Assembly (NCBI GenBank): GCA_044376115.1
Contig: JBILLK010000014.1
Coordinates: 96,001 to 160,000, forward strand
DNA length: 64,000 nucleotides
From: Polyangiaceae bacterium
GTDB taxonomy: Bacteria; Myxococcota_A; Polyangia; Polyangiales; Polyangiaceae
Direction of reading: 5' to 3'
Shown here in pieces: positions 35,455 through 45,314 of this stretch. The position numbers and the translations under genes were made by a program. The notes beneath the pieces were generated by a model. The model was not told the DNA's origin, did not search any database, and saw nothing but the letters and a program-made list of their open reading frames with translations. Every line of letters begins with the position of its first letter. Position 1 is the first letter of the stretch.

Positions 35455-37683
35455 GTGCGAGTCGTATGTGTCGGAGGCGGGCCCGCCTCACTTTACTTCG
35501 CCATCCTCACGAAGAAGCGCAACGCTTCGGACGAGGTCGTCGTTTACGAACGCAACAAGAAGGATGACACCTTCGGTTTCGGCGTCGTGTTCTCCGACAA
35601 GACGCTCGAGAACCTCGGAGAGATCGACGCTGAGAGCTACCAAGCGATCACCCGCGCGTTCCACCATTGGGACGCGATCGACGTGCACGTCCACGGCGAA
35701 GTTCTCACCTCGCGGGGGCATGGCTTCTCCGGCATCGGCCGGCCAAAGTTGCTTTCGATCCTCGCGCAGCGTGCGGTCGAACTCGGCGTCCAGATCGAAT
35801 ACGAGACCGAGGTCGCCGACGACGACGCGCGACTCAAAGGTGCGGATCTGGTGGTGGTCGCGGATGGCGTGAACAGCGCGCTACGCGAAGCGGGCAAAGC
35901 CGATTTCCGACCGACGATCGAGTTCCGTCCCCATCGCTTCGTGTGGCTCGGCACGACGTTTCCCTTCGAAGCCTTCACCTTCTACTTCCGCGAGGCCGAG
36001 GCCGGCCTCTTTCAGGTTCACGCCTATCGCTATGAGGAGGGTCGCTCCACCTTCATCGTCGAATGCTCGGAGGCGGTGTTCCAACGAACGGGTCTGCGCG
36101 AGAACGACGAGGACGCGACGCTGCGTTATCTCGAGAACGTCTTCAAAGTCGAACTAGCCGGCTATCCGCTCTTGAAGAACCGGTCGATTTGGCGTCAGTT
36201 CCCCGTCGTTTCCAACGCTTCCTGGGTGAGCGGCAACCGCGTCTTACTCGGCGACGCAGCGCATACAGCCCACTTTTCGATCGGCTCGGGGACCAAGCTC
36301 GCCCTGGAGGACGCGGTCGCGCTCCACGAGGCGCTCGGTCTCCATCCCAGCGTCCAGGTCGCACTTGCGCATTACGATCGCGAGCGCCGGCCAGGCGTAA
36401 GTTCAATTCAGCGAGCAGCCCAGGTCAGCCTCGAGTGGTTCGAGAACACCGAGCGCCACATCAAGAAGGACGCGCTTCACTTCACCTTCTCCTTGCTCAC
36501 CCGAAGTCTGCGCGTCACCCACGAGAACCTCGCCAAACGAGACCCAGAGTTCGTGGCCCGAGTGGATCGTGACTTTGCGCAGGGGCGAGCCGAAGCCCCT
36601 CCCATGTTCCATCCGTTGCAACTGCGCGGGCGCGTGATCCCCAATCGCATCGCGCTCTCGCCGATGTGCATGTACAGCGCGGAGGACGGCACGCCGAGCG
36701 ACTTCCACCTGGTGCACCTCGGGAGTCGCGCGGTGGGCGGAGCAGGCCTGATCATGACCGAGATGACCGACGTCTCACGGGACGGTCGCATCACCACCGG
36801 TTGCACGGGGATGTACAAGCCCGAGCACGTTACCGCTTGGCGCCGAATCACCGACTTCGTTCATCGCGAGAGTCCTGCGCTGATCGGGTTGCAGCTTGGC
36901 CACGCAGGTCGCAAAGGCGCAACGCTTCCGCCCTGGCAGGGCGCCGACGTGCCGATTCCCGACGCGGAAGAAGCCTGGGAACTGCTGGCTCCCAGCGCGC
37001 TCCCTTGGAGCGAACGCAACGTACTGCCGCGCGAAATGACCGAGCACGACATGCAAGCGGTGCTCGAAGCGTTCGTTCGCAGCACTGAAATGGCGTTGGC
37101 TGCCGACTTCGATCTGGTCGAGCTTCATTGCGCGCACGGCTACCTGCTCTCGACGTTTCTTTCGCCGCTTACCAACCAACGGACCGATTCATACGGCGGA
37201 TCGATCGACAATCGCATGCGGTTTCCGCTGCAGGTCTTCGAGGCGATGCGGCGGCAATGGCCGAGCGATCGGCCGATGACGGTCCGCGTCAGCGCGAGCG
37301 ACTGGGCGCCCGGCGGAACCAGCGAGCACGATCTGCTGACGTTCTGCAAAGCGCTCGCGGCCGCTGGCTGCGATTTGATCGACGTTTCGAGCGGCAGCAT
37401 GGTGATTGAGCAGAAGCCACGTTACGGCCGGCTTTACCAGGTCCCCTTCGCCGAGCTCGTTCGCAGCGAGGTCAACGTCCCGGTCGCGGCCGTTGGCAAT
37501 ATCTCGAGCTACACCGACGTCAACACGGTGCTGGCGGCCCGTCGCGCAGACCTCTGCTTCATCGCTCGGGCTCACCTATTCGACCCGTATTGGACTAGGC
37601 ACGCCGCGCAGGCCCAAAGCTACGAGCTTCCCTGGCCGAAGCCCTACGGAGTGCTCCGCGGCTACAATCCCCGCCTCGCTTGA
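35455..37683 (+). CDS. Bifunctional salicylyl-CoA 5-hydroxylase / anthraniloyl-CoA monooxygenase-reductase
   Basis: FAD monooxygenase half (GGGPA, DTFGFGVVFSD, GDAAHTAHFSIGSGTKLA) fused to an OYE-type half (SPMCMYSA, HAGRK, HCAHGYLL, N.RTD.YGG). Confidence 0.9.
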   Translation: MRVVCVGGGPASLYFAILTKKRNASDEVVVYERNKKDDTFGFGVVFSDKTLENLGEIDAESYQAITRAFHHWDAIDVHVHGEVLTSRGHGFSGIGRPKLLSILAQRAVELGVQIEYETEVADDDARLKGADLVVVADGVNSALREAGKADFRPTIEFRPHRFVWLGTTFPFEAFTFYFREAEAGLFQVHAYRYEEGRSTFIVECSEAVFQRTGLRENDEDATLRYLENVFKVELAGYPLLKNRSIWRQFPVVSNASWVSGNRVLLGDAAHTAHFSIGSGTKLALEDAVALHEALGLHPSVQVALAHYDRERRPGVSSIQRAAQVSLEWFENTERHIKKDALHFTFSLLTRSLRVTHENLAKRDPEFVARVDRDFAQGRAEAPPMFHPLQLRGRVIPNRIALSPMCMYSAEDGTPSDFHLVHLGSRAVGGAGLIMTEMTDVSRDGRITTGCTGMYKPEHVTAWRRITDFVHRESPALIGLQLGHAGRKGATLPPWQGADVPIPDAEEAWELLAPSALPWSERNVLPREMTEHDMQAVLEAFVRSTEMALAADFDLVELHCAHGYLLSTFLSPLTNQRTDSYGGSIDNRMRFPLQVFEAMRRQWPSDRPMTVRVSASDWAPGGTSEHDLLTFCKALAAAGCDLIDVSSGSMVIEQKPRYGRLYQVPFAELVRSEVNVPVAAVGNISSYTDVNTVLAARRADLCFIARAHLFDPYWTRHAAQAQSYELPWPKPYGVLRGYNPRLA

Positions 37684-37752
37684 ATGAGCCTTAACCTCAA
37701 CATCTGGTAGCCGCCGAACAATTCTGCGGGTACGTCAAGCACGGGGAGAACC

Positions 37753-38700
37753 ATGGGGCCAGTCAAGCCTGTCGACACAACGACGGAGATCGAGACCCCG
37801 GAGCACATCCGCTTCCAGCACCATGTTGCGGGACCAGCACGTCGCTTCTTTGCGTACTTGATCGACTTGATGATTCGCGGTGCGCTGCTCGCGGCGCTCG
37901 GCTTCGCTCTGGTGCTTGGGGGCGTGGCCGTTGGAGACAGTCTCGGTCAAGCTTCGGTCGGCGTCCTGCTGCTCGTGGCCTTCTTGCTCGAGTGGTTCTA
38001 CTACATCCTATTCGAGGTCGTTTGGAGCGGCCGAACCCCTGGAAAGCGTGCGTTGAGTTTGCGCGTGATCGGGGATGGTGGTCAGCCTCTCACCTTCGGT
38101 CAGAGTTTGATCCGCAACCTGTTACGCGCCGCCGACCTACTGCCTACCGCGGGGAGCCTTCCCACCTACGGAATCGGCGTGTTGGTGATGGGCAAAGATG
38201 AGCGCTTCCGAAGGCTCGGGGACTTGGCTGCCGGAACCATGGTGATCGTCGAGAAGCGCACGACGGTCGATGCGCCTCTCAACATTCACCCGCTACCCTC
38301 GCCACAAGAGCTCGCCAACCTGCCGCAGCGACTACCGATCGACGGGGAAGAACTCGAGGCGATCGAGCTCTTGCTGCGCCGTGAGTACCGGCTCTCACCT
38401 GCCCGGATCTACGAGCTTGCGTCGCTTGTCGCGGGCATCTTCGCCAAGCGTCTGCACGTGCGAGTTCACGATCCAGTGCGCTTTCTGAAGGTGCTCTACG
38501 CTCGCTCTCGCGGCATGACCGCGGAAGTCAACGCACCCGCGCCTCCTTCCAACGTTCCCTTCGGAGCGGCCGGTTGGGCGCCTCCCCACCTTCAAGGTCA
38601 GGGCTGGCACGGGCCTCATGCAGGCCCAGGTTGGGCGCCACCGGGGCAACCTGGTCAACGGCCACCCTATGGCGCTTGGCCCCCGCGAGGTGCCTCGTGA
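37753..38700 (+). CDS. RDD family membrane protein
   Basis: AG..RRFFAYLID, GRTPGK, RRLGDLAAGT. Confidence 0.85.
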   Translation: MGPVKPVDTTTEIETPEHIRFQHHVAGPARRFFAYLIDLMIRGALLAALGFALVLGGVAVGDSLGQASVGVLLLVAFLLEWFYYILFEVVWSGRTPGKRALSLRVIGDGGQPLTFGQSLIRNLLRAADLLPTAGSLPTYGIGVLVMGKDERFRRLGDLAAGTMVIVEKRTTVDAPLNIHPLPSPQELANLPQRLPIDGEELEAIELLLRREYRLSPARIYELASLVAGIFAKRLHVRVHDPVRFLKVLYARSRGMTAEVNAPAPPSNVPFGAAGWAPPHLQGQGWHGPHAGPGWAPPGQPGQRPPYGAWPPRGAS

Positions 38701-39698
38701 TTCCGCAAGACGAGTTCATTCGACGAAGAAGCCAAGAGTGGAACGAGCTCGATCACGCCATTGGTTCTGGCGGCGCGCTCCACCACAAAGACGGGCCGGT
38801 CATCTCGCGCATTGCCTCGCTCTACCGCTCCTTGTGCAACGATCTGACCCGCGCCGAGAGCTCACGCTACACACCCGACCTGCTCGACTACCTGCATGGC
38901 CTTGCAGGGCGCACGCACAACGTTCTGTACGGCGCCAAGCCGATGCGAGTCTTCTCGGCGGCCAAGCTGCTGTTCGTGGACTTTCCGATCGAACTGCGAC
39001 GCAACTGGCGGCTGTTCGTCATCAGTTGCGCGCTCTTTCTCGTACCGTGGGCCATCGGACTGTTCGGCGCGCTCACCTCCAGTTCGTTCGCGGGGGAAGT
39101 GCTACCGCGCGCCATGCTCGACCAAATGGCCGACGCGTATAGCCACGGTTTCTCCGCAGGCCGAGATGGCGGTCAAGACGCGCAGATGGCTGGGTTCTAC
39201 GTCTACAACAACGTTGGGATCGCCTTCCGCTGCTTCGCGACAGGGATCTTGTTCGGCGTCGGGACCATCTTCTTTCTCATCTACAACGGCCTGATGATCG
39301 GAACCGTCACCGGGTACGTGATGACCACCGGCGGCGGCACCAACATCTGGACCTTCATGTGCGGCCACGGCCCTTGGGAGATCACGGCCATCTTCATCTC
39401 CGGTGGTGCGGGCCTCCAGATGGGCTACTCGCTCATCGCCACTGAAGGGCTGACCCGCTTCGCGTCGATGAAGCGGCACTTGCGCTCGATCGTCGCGCAG
39501 GTCGTGGGCGCGGCCGCAATGCTGACCATCGCGGCCGCAATCGAAGGATTCTGGTCTCCGAGCGCGCTCCCCAACGAGGTGAAGTGGGCGTTTGGCGCCA
39601 TCAACCTTACGATCGTCGTACTGTTCTTGAGCCTCGGAGGGCGCGGCGCGACGTCCTCCATGGCGGGCCCAGGCACGCGAATGTGGGGCAGCCAATGA
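38697..39698 (+). CDS. SpoIIM/DUF95 family membrane protein
   Basis: NNVGIAF, NGLMIG, HG..EITA, AA.IEGF; GTGA overlap with the RDD gene. Confidence 0.85.
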   Translation: MIPQDEFIRRRSQEWNELDHAIGSGGALHHKDGPVISRIASLYRSLCNDLTRAESSRYTPDLLDYLHGLAGRTHNVLYGAKPMRVFSAAKLLFVDFPIELRRNWRLFVISCALFLVPWAIGLFGALTSSSFAGEVLPRAMLDQMADAYSHGFSAGRDGGQDAQMAGFYVYNNVGIAFRCFATGILFGVGTIFFLIYNGLMIGTVTGYVMTTGGGTNIWTFMCGHGPWEITAIFISGGAGLQMGYSLIATEGLTRFASMKRHLRSIVAQVVGAAAMLTIAAAIEGFWSPSALPNEVKWAFGAINLTIVVLFLSLGGRGATSSMAGPGTRMWGSQ

Positions 39699-40486
39699 AG
39701 CTCGACGCGTGCTCGTTGGTTCTTCGGCCTCGCACGGTGGCGGAGCTCTTGGATCTAGCGTGTCGCTTCACCTTCTCGGAGTCCGCCGCAAGCAACGTGC
39801 GAATTGGCGCGGCAGTGCTGCTACCGAGCTTCGCGTTGGGCTTGGCCGCGCGCTACCTGCTCGAGGTGGATGCGGTGTGGCTTTGGCTGATTGCCTTGCC
39901 GCTCGCCAATTGGTTGGAGGCCGCGTTTACCCTCTCGCTCTCGCGTCACCTGTTTGGCGAGAAGCTCTCGCTCGGCGGCGCACTCAAGTTGGTGCTGGGC
40001 CGGCTGTGGGCCTTCACGTTGGCCATTCTGGTCAAGGCCTTCATGTTTTGCCTCACAGGGATCTTTCTGATTGGCCCGTTTGTTTCGTGGCCCTCGGGAA
40101 CGCTCGTAAACGAGGCTGTGCTGCTCGAGGGAGCCTCAGGCACAGCCTCGTGGGGGAGAAGCCGCAACCTCGTGCAGCAGTCGCAGAGCGGGTTTGGCGC
40201 CGCAGCCTCGATTTTTGCGGCTCGCGTAGGCTTCGTTCTCTTGCTTGAGGCGCTTGGGCAGTCACTGACCACCGACTTGCTTCAACTGGGGAAGCCGTTT
40301 GGAAGCCTGTACGAAAATGGCTTCACTCCCTTCGCGCTGCTCGGGCTCTTGCTCTCGGTGCCGTTCACCGCGACCGTCCGGTTCCTCTTCTACGTCGACA
40401 CGCGGACGCGCGCGGACGGTTGGGACATTCAGGTGAAGCTGATGGCGATCCAAGCCAAGGCACAGAGCGAGGAAGCGTTCGCATGA
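39695..40486 (+). CDS. Hypothetical membrane protein of the RDD-MoxR operon
   Basis: LRPR...ELLD start, several TM segments, YVD.R.R.DGWD end; ATGA overlaps on both sides. Confidence 0.75.
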   Translation: MKLDACSLVLRPRTVAELLDLACRFTFSESAASNVRIGAAVLLPSFALGLAARYLLEVDAVWLWLIALPLANWLEAAFTLSLSRHLFGEKLSLGGALKLVLGRLWAFTLAILVKAFMFCLTGIFLIGPFVSWPSGTLVNEAVLLEGASGTASWGRSRNLVQQSQSGFGAAASIFAARVGFVLLLEALGQSLTTDLLQLGKPFGSLYENGFTPFALLGLLLSVPFTATVRFLFYVDTRTRADGWDIQVKLMAIQAKAQSEEAFA

Positions 40487-42897
40487 GCCGCATTCACAGC
40501 TGCTTGAGGCTTCTGCTGCTATGGGCGTTGCTCGGGCTACCAGCGCCTGCCCTCGCCGTCGGCGCTGCTACGCCACCGAACATCAAGCGCGACCTGAAGG
40601 ACGTCTTCGAGGACGAGGGCTACTCCTTTTGCCACGACGAATCAGGCGGGCTCTTCCCGTTGGACCACGAGTATTGCGAGCTGGTCGAGGAGACCAACGA
40701 CGTCTGCCCCGCGCTGCCCAAGGTCTGCAAGAACAAGCTCGATCCGAGCGTGCTGAAGAATCTCCCGCGCGGCCGGCTCCGCTTCGCCCGAGAGGGCAAA
40801 GACTACGGTCCCAAGTCCAACCAAGAGCCGAAGGACTACGCTGACTACTCACAGGATCGCGGCTCCCGCAGCGGAAGCAACGGGGGAGATGGGAAGTCTG
40901 GTTCAGGCGAGCAGGGTGCTGGCGACGAGGGCAAGACAGGTCGCAGTGGTAGCGGCAATCGCAGCGGCAGCAACGGGTCGAACAGCAAGAGCAGCGACCC
41001 CAAGGACAAAGACTCAGAGGACACGAAGGACAAGGACGCTGCGTCGGAGAAAGAACCCGAACCGCCGCCGGAGCCGGAGGTCGTCGAGGTGCCGACGTGG
41101 GTCGCGGTTTTGTTCCGCATCCTGTTCTACGCCATCGTGGCGGTCGTGCTCGGGCTCATCATTTATTACGTCGCGAAGAACCTGATCAAAGGTCGCGCGG
41201 AAGAGTCCGACGAGCCTGAAGGTGAGCCGAAAGCACCATCCGAAGAAGCTCCGGCCATACCGCGCGGCCCGATCGAAACAGACGTCGACAGACTATTGGC
41301 GAGAGCACGGGCGCTCGCGGCCGAAGGCAAGTACGAGCCCGCGATCGAAGCTGCGTATGCGGCGCTCTTGCGTCGGCTCGAGGGCGATGGCGTCATCGAC
41401 CTTCATCCCTCGCGAACCAACGGTGACTACGTGCGGTCCATCCGCGACCGCTCCGATCTCAGGTCCGCCTTACGAGAGATCGCCAATGACGTTGAGAGCG
41501 TTCAGTTCGGCGATAGCGAAGCCTCGCCCTCCATCTTCGACTCGATCTATCGGCGAGTGCTTCCGCTGGTTGGCCGCACCAGCGCTGTGCTCGCTGTGCT
41601 CATCTCATCCGCCTACTTATCATCGTGTGAAGCGCTGCCCGTCAGCGCTCCCGCGGAGCAAACGACACTCGCGGTTGGACAACCTCATATCGGAGGTTCT
41701 GCGCCTGCGGGCCTGTCGGCGCTCGTGCGGTTGCTTGAGAAGAACGACAAGACGGTCGACGTAAGGCGCCCGCGTCCGCGCGAGGAAAAGCTCGAGGACG
41801 AAGGCGTCATCGTCATTCTCCCAGGCACGCCGATCGACGATCCAACGTGGACGCGGCTTTACGAGTGGGTGCAAGTCAAAGGAGGCACGCTCGTCCTCGC
41901 GGGCTACCGCAGCGAGCTTCAGTCGGACCGAGTCGGCTTCACACCGGCCACGAGCAACGCGCCGATTCGACCCGCTGACCTCAGCCCGCTGTACCTCGAT
42001 ACGTCGCTGCAGCTTTCGGTACCGTATCTCGGCTCGCTCAGCATTCCGCAGTCACTGCCCGATCCCAAGCGGCCTTACTACACGCCGCCGCCAGGTCCGG
42101 TGCAGCCGATCCTCAAACGCAGCGACGGCTCCGTGTATGCCGCGGTCATTGAGAAGGGCGCAACGTACCCGAAGGGAAAGATCTACGCCTTCGCCGACGA
42201 TCGCTTGTTCGCAAACATCGCGCTCCCGCTCGGAGACAACGCAGCGTTCTTGGTCGCCTTCTTTCGTGCCCAACCCAGCGCGACGATCGAAATCTGGGAT
42301 GAACCGCAAGGCAAGCTGGGCGGCGACGGAACCATCCTTCCAGGAGAAGAGCCTGCACCGGGCGAAGGCAACGGCGGGGCCGAAAATCCGCTCGATTCGT
42401 TGGCCAAAGCGCACCTGCTGCCAATCATCCTGCAGCTGCTTGCGCTCGTGCTGCTTTACCTCCTTTACCGCGGCTCGCGCTTCGGAAAACCACGCGAACC
42501 GAAGGAGGCTTCACGTCGAGCCTACGCGGACCACTCGCGAGCCCTGGGCTTGATTTATGCGCGGGCCAACGCGAGTCGCCATGCGACTTCACTCTACTCG
42601 GTGTGGGCGCTCGACAGGCTTCGCGAGCGCTTCCTAAAAGGCGGTCGCAAAGGCCTCGCACCGTTGGCCGAGTCGATCGCAGCGAGCACGGGCCGCCCAC
42701 TCGGTGAGGTCATGAATGTCCTGGTCGAGGCCACAGGCGCCCGCGACGAGGTCGCGCCTCCGTCCTCCTATCGAGGCTCGGAGATGGCCCAACCGGGCCA
42801 TGCTCCTCCCCGAAGAACGTTCTGGGTCATGGAAGAACTTGAACGCTATCTGTCCACCACCAAAGGCAACCCCAAAAGAGGAAGAGGCTCCCGATGA
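40483..42897 (+). CDS. DUF4129/DUF4350-like membrane protein
   Basis: Signal peptide, Cys-containing N domain, Gly/Ser/Asp linker, TM, SRTNGDY (DUF4129-like), DNAAFL and RFG (DUF4350-like). Confidence 0.7.
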   Translation: MSRIHSCLRLLLLWALLGLPAPALAVGAATPPNIKRDLKDVFEDEGYSFCHDESGGLFPLDHEYCELVEETNDVCPALPKVCKNKLDPSVLKNLPRGRLRFAREGKDYGPKSNQEPKDYADYSQDRGSRSGSNGGDGKSGSGEQGAGDEGKTGRSGSGNRSGSNGSNSKSSDPKDKDSEDTKDKDAASEKEPEPPPEPEVVEVPTWVAVLFRILFYAIVAVVLGLIIYYVAKNLIKGRAEESDEPEGEPKAPSEEAPAIPRGPIETDVDRLLARARALAAEGKYEPAIEAAYAALLRRLEGDGVIDLHPSRTNGDYVRSIRDRSDLRSALREIANDVESVQFGDSEASPSIFDSIYRRVLPLVGRTSAVLAVLISSAYLSSCEALPVSAPAEQTTLAVGQPHIGGSAPAGLSALVRLLEKNDKTVDVRRPRPREEKLEDEGVIVILPGTPIDDPTWTRLYEWVQVKGGTLVLAGYRSELQSDRVGFTPATSNAPIRPADLSPLYLDTSLQLSVPYLGSLSIPQSLPDPKRPYYTPPPGPVQPILKRSDGSVYAAVIEKGATYPKGKIYAFADDRLFANIALPLGDNAAFLVAFFRAQPSATIEIWDEPQGKLGGDGTILPGEEPAPGEGNGGAENPLDSLAKAHLLPIILQLLALVLLYLLYRGSRFGKPREPKEASRRAYADHSRALGLIYARANASRHATSLYSVWALDRLRERFLKGGRKGLAPLAESIAASTGRPLGEVMNVLVEATGARDEVAPPSSYRGSEMAQPGHAPPRRTFWVMEELERYLSTTKGNPKRGRGSR

Positions 42898-43883
42898 GCT
42901 ACTCCGGTGACCCGTCCAATCACGCCACCCAATTTCGCGATCAATTTCAGCTGCTGCGGCGTGAGACCGAGCGTGTGCTGCTCGGCCAAGAGGAGGTGGT
43001 CGCGCACACCTTGATCGCCATCCTTGCCGGCGGGCACGTGCTGATCGAGGGCGTCCCGGGCCTCGGCAAGACCTTGCTGGTGCGCACGCTGTCCCATGTT
43101 CTTGGCTGCGCCTTTCGACGCATTCAGTTCACGCCCGACCTGATGCCAAGCGACGTCACCGGCGGCAACATCTTCAACCAAAAGGAAGATCGCTTCGTCT
43201 TTCACCAGGGTCCGGTGTTCACCCAGCTGCTGCTCGCAGATGAAATCAACCGTGCTCCGGCCAAGACCCAGTCGTCGCTGCTGGAGGCCATGCAAGATCT
43301 CGCGGTCACGACCGACGGAACCACCCGGCCGTTGCCTGAACCCTTCTTCGTAATCGCCACGCAGAACCCGATTGAATCGCAGGGCACCTACCCGCTGCCA
43401 GAGGCCCAACTCGATCGCTTCTTGATGAAGCTGACGGTCAAGCACCCGCACCAACGCGTGGAGAAGGTCATGCTGCGGAACATTGCGCAGGGGTTTCAGC
43501 CCGCGAAGCTCGAGACGATGCAGCTCAATCGCATTGTCTCGGCCGAAGCAATCCAGGCGATGCGCCACCTGCTGTACAGCATTCGAGTGGATGACGGCAT
43601 CCTCGACTACATCACCGAGATCGTCGCCAAGAGCCGAACCCACCGCTCGATCTACCTGGGAGCTTCGCCGCGCGGGTCGATCGGGCTGCTCGCCGTCGCA
43701 CGGGCGCACGCGGCCTCGGAGGGGCGTACGTATGTGATCCCCGATGACGTCAAAGCGCTCGCTCCAGCGGTGCTCCGACATCGCATCATCCTGCACCCCG
43801 ACGCGGAGATCGAGGGCATCTCAGCCGACGACATCGTCGACGAGATCCTTCGTGAAGTGAAGGTTCCCCAGACCGCCGCGTGA
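42894..43883 (+). CDS. moxR: MoxR family AAA+ ATPase
   Basis: EGVPGLGKT, RIQFTPDLMPSD, ADEINRAPAKTQ, TYPLPEAQLDRF. Confidence 0.95.
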   Translation: MSYSGDPSNHATQFRDQFQLLRRETERVLLGQEEVVAHTLIAILAGGHVLIEGVPGLGKTLLVRTLSHVLGCAFRRIQFTPDLMPSDVTGGNIFNQKEDRFVFHQGPVFTQLLLADEINRAPAKTQSSLLEAMQDLAVTTDGTTRPLPEPFFVIATQNPIESQGTYPLPEAQLDRFLMKLTVKHPHQRVEKVMLRNIAQGFQPAKLETMQLNRIVSAEAIQAMRHLLYSIRVDDGILDYITEIVAKSRTHRSIYLGASPRGSIGLLAVARAHAASEGRTYVIPDDVKALAPAVLRHRIILHPDAEIEGISADDIVDEILREVKVPQTAA

Positions 43884-43895
43884 GGTCCGTCACGA

Positions 43896-45215
43896 ATGAT
43901 CCCCTCCCGCGCCTTCGTCATCATCGCCCTCGGGCCTGTGTTCCTCGCGATCGCCACGTTGGTCGACGAGACGCTGCTGCGCCCGATGCTTTGGGTGGAC
44001 GGGATTGTCGTCCTCTTGGCGGTGGTGGACGCCTTCCTCGCGCGCAAGCGACTGGTCGTGGTGGAACGCCGCGCGCCGCGGGTGATGTCGATCAACAAGC
44101 CCAATGGCGTGGTGCTCGAGTTGCGCTCGCTGGCCAAGCGGAAGCTCGTCGTTTGGGTGATGAATGATCTGTTCGAGTACGCGCAGGCCGACGAATTGCC
44201 GCTGCGAGTCGAGCTACCAGCCAGAGGCCGCGTATCGGAGAAGTACCGCGTCGTGCCGACTCGCCGCGGCGCCTACTCTCTCGGCAACCATACGGTTCGC
44301 TACAGCTCGCCGCTCGGTCTGTGGATCCGCGAGCTCGTCATCCCGGCGGAAACGCCCATTCGCGTGTACCCCGACATTCAGCAGGTGCGCGCTTACGAGT
44401 TGAGCGCCAAGAAAGACTTCGCGGTCTCCGGCGTACGAGCAACGAGGAAGCGCGGCGGTGAAAGCGAGTTCGAGCGGCTGCGAGAATACCGTCGGGGCGA
44501 TGAGTTTCGCTCGATCGATTGGAAAGCGACGGCACGCAACAGCAAGCTGATCTCCCGCGAGTATCAGATGGAGCGCAATCAGAACGTGCTCTTCCTACTC
44601 GATGCTGGTCGCTTGATGACCGCCGAGACCAATGGCCTGAGCCTCTTCGACCATGCGATTAACGCCACCCTGATGCTCTCGCACGTGGCCGCACGAGGTG
44701 GAGACCACGTGGGCCTGGTAGCTTTCAGCGACACCGTTAAGAGCCACGCGCCGTGCCTTGGTGGTCCCCAGACAACCGCTCGTATCGTGCAGGCCGCCTA
44801 TCACCTGCATCCGGAACTCACTGAGACCAACTTCAACGCTGCGGTCGAGCACGTGGGAACTCGCGTGAAGAAGCGCACGCTCGTCGTGGTGTTCACCCAA
44901 ATCATGGATGAAGTGGCGGCCAAAGAGTTGTTGCGACTACTGCGGGGGCTGCTGCCCAAGCACCTACCGTTGTTCATCCCGCTACGCGATGTTGAACTCG
45001 AGACCCTTGCACAAGGCGGTGGCGCACAGGCTGGCGAAAGCGACCATGCTCGACCGTACATTCGCGCTGCGGCCGCCGAGCTCATCAGCTTTCATGACCG
45101 TTTGTTGCGGGACCTCAGGAAGCATGGGGCCCTCGTGATCGATACGAGCCCAATGGATCTCACGCCTGCGCTGATCAACCGCTACCTCGAGATCAAGGCG
45201 CGACAACTGCTGTAG
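43896..45215 (+). CDS. DUF58 (VWA-like) protein
   Basis: EFERLREY..GD..R.IDWKATAR, D.GR.M; follows moxR. Confidence 0.9.
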   Translation: MIPSRAFVIIALGPVFLAIATLVDETLLRPMLWVDGIVVLLAVVDAFLARKRLVVVERRAPRVMSINKPNGVVLELRSLAKRKLVVWVMNDLFEYAQADELPLRVELPARGRVSEKYRVVPTRRGAYSLGNHTVRYSSPLGLWIRELVIPAETPIRVYPDIQQVRAYELSAKKDFAVSGVRATRKRGGESEFERLREYRRGDEFRSIDWKATARNSKLISREYQMERNQNVLFLLDAGRLMTAETNGLSLFDHAINATLMLSHVAARGGDHVGLVAFSDTVKSHAPCLGGPQTTARIVQAAYHLHPELTETNFNAAVEHVGTRVKKRTLVVVFTQIMDEVAAKELLRLLRGLLPKHLPLFIPLRDVELETLAQGGGAQAGESDHARPYIRAAAAELISFHDRLLRDLRKHGALVIDTSPMDLTPALINRYLEIKARQLL

Positions 45216-45242
45216 CAGCGGTTCAACGAAGGCGACAAAAGC

Positions 45243-45272
45243 AAAAACGGCCGAGGACCTTCGTCCTCGGCC
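45243..45272 (-). terminator. Rho-independent terminator downstream of tssC
   Basis: GGCCGAGGAC-4nt-GTCCTCGGCC stem (45249-45272); the plus-strand A-run to its left is a U tract on the minus strand. Confidence 0.75.
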
Positions 45273-45314
45273 ACATTCGCTTGGACAAGGCATAGCGCCC
45301 TGCCCAATCCGCGA

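Noticed and set aside
40860..41080. Low-complexity repetitive stretch
   Set aside because: Gly/Ser/Asp/Lys and Pro/Glu linker within the DUF4129/4350 protein.
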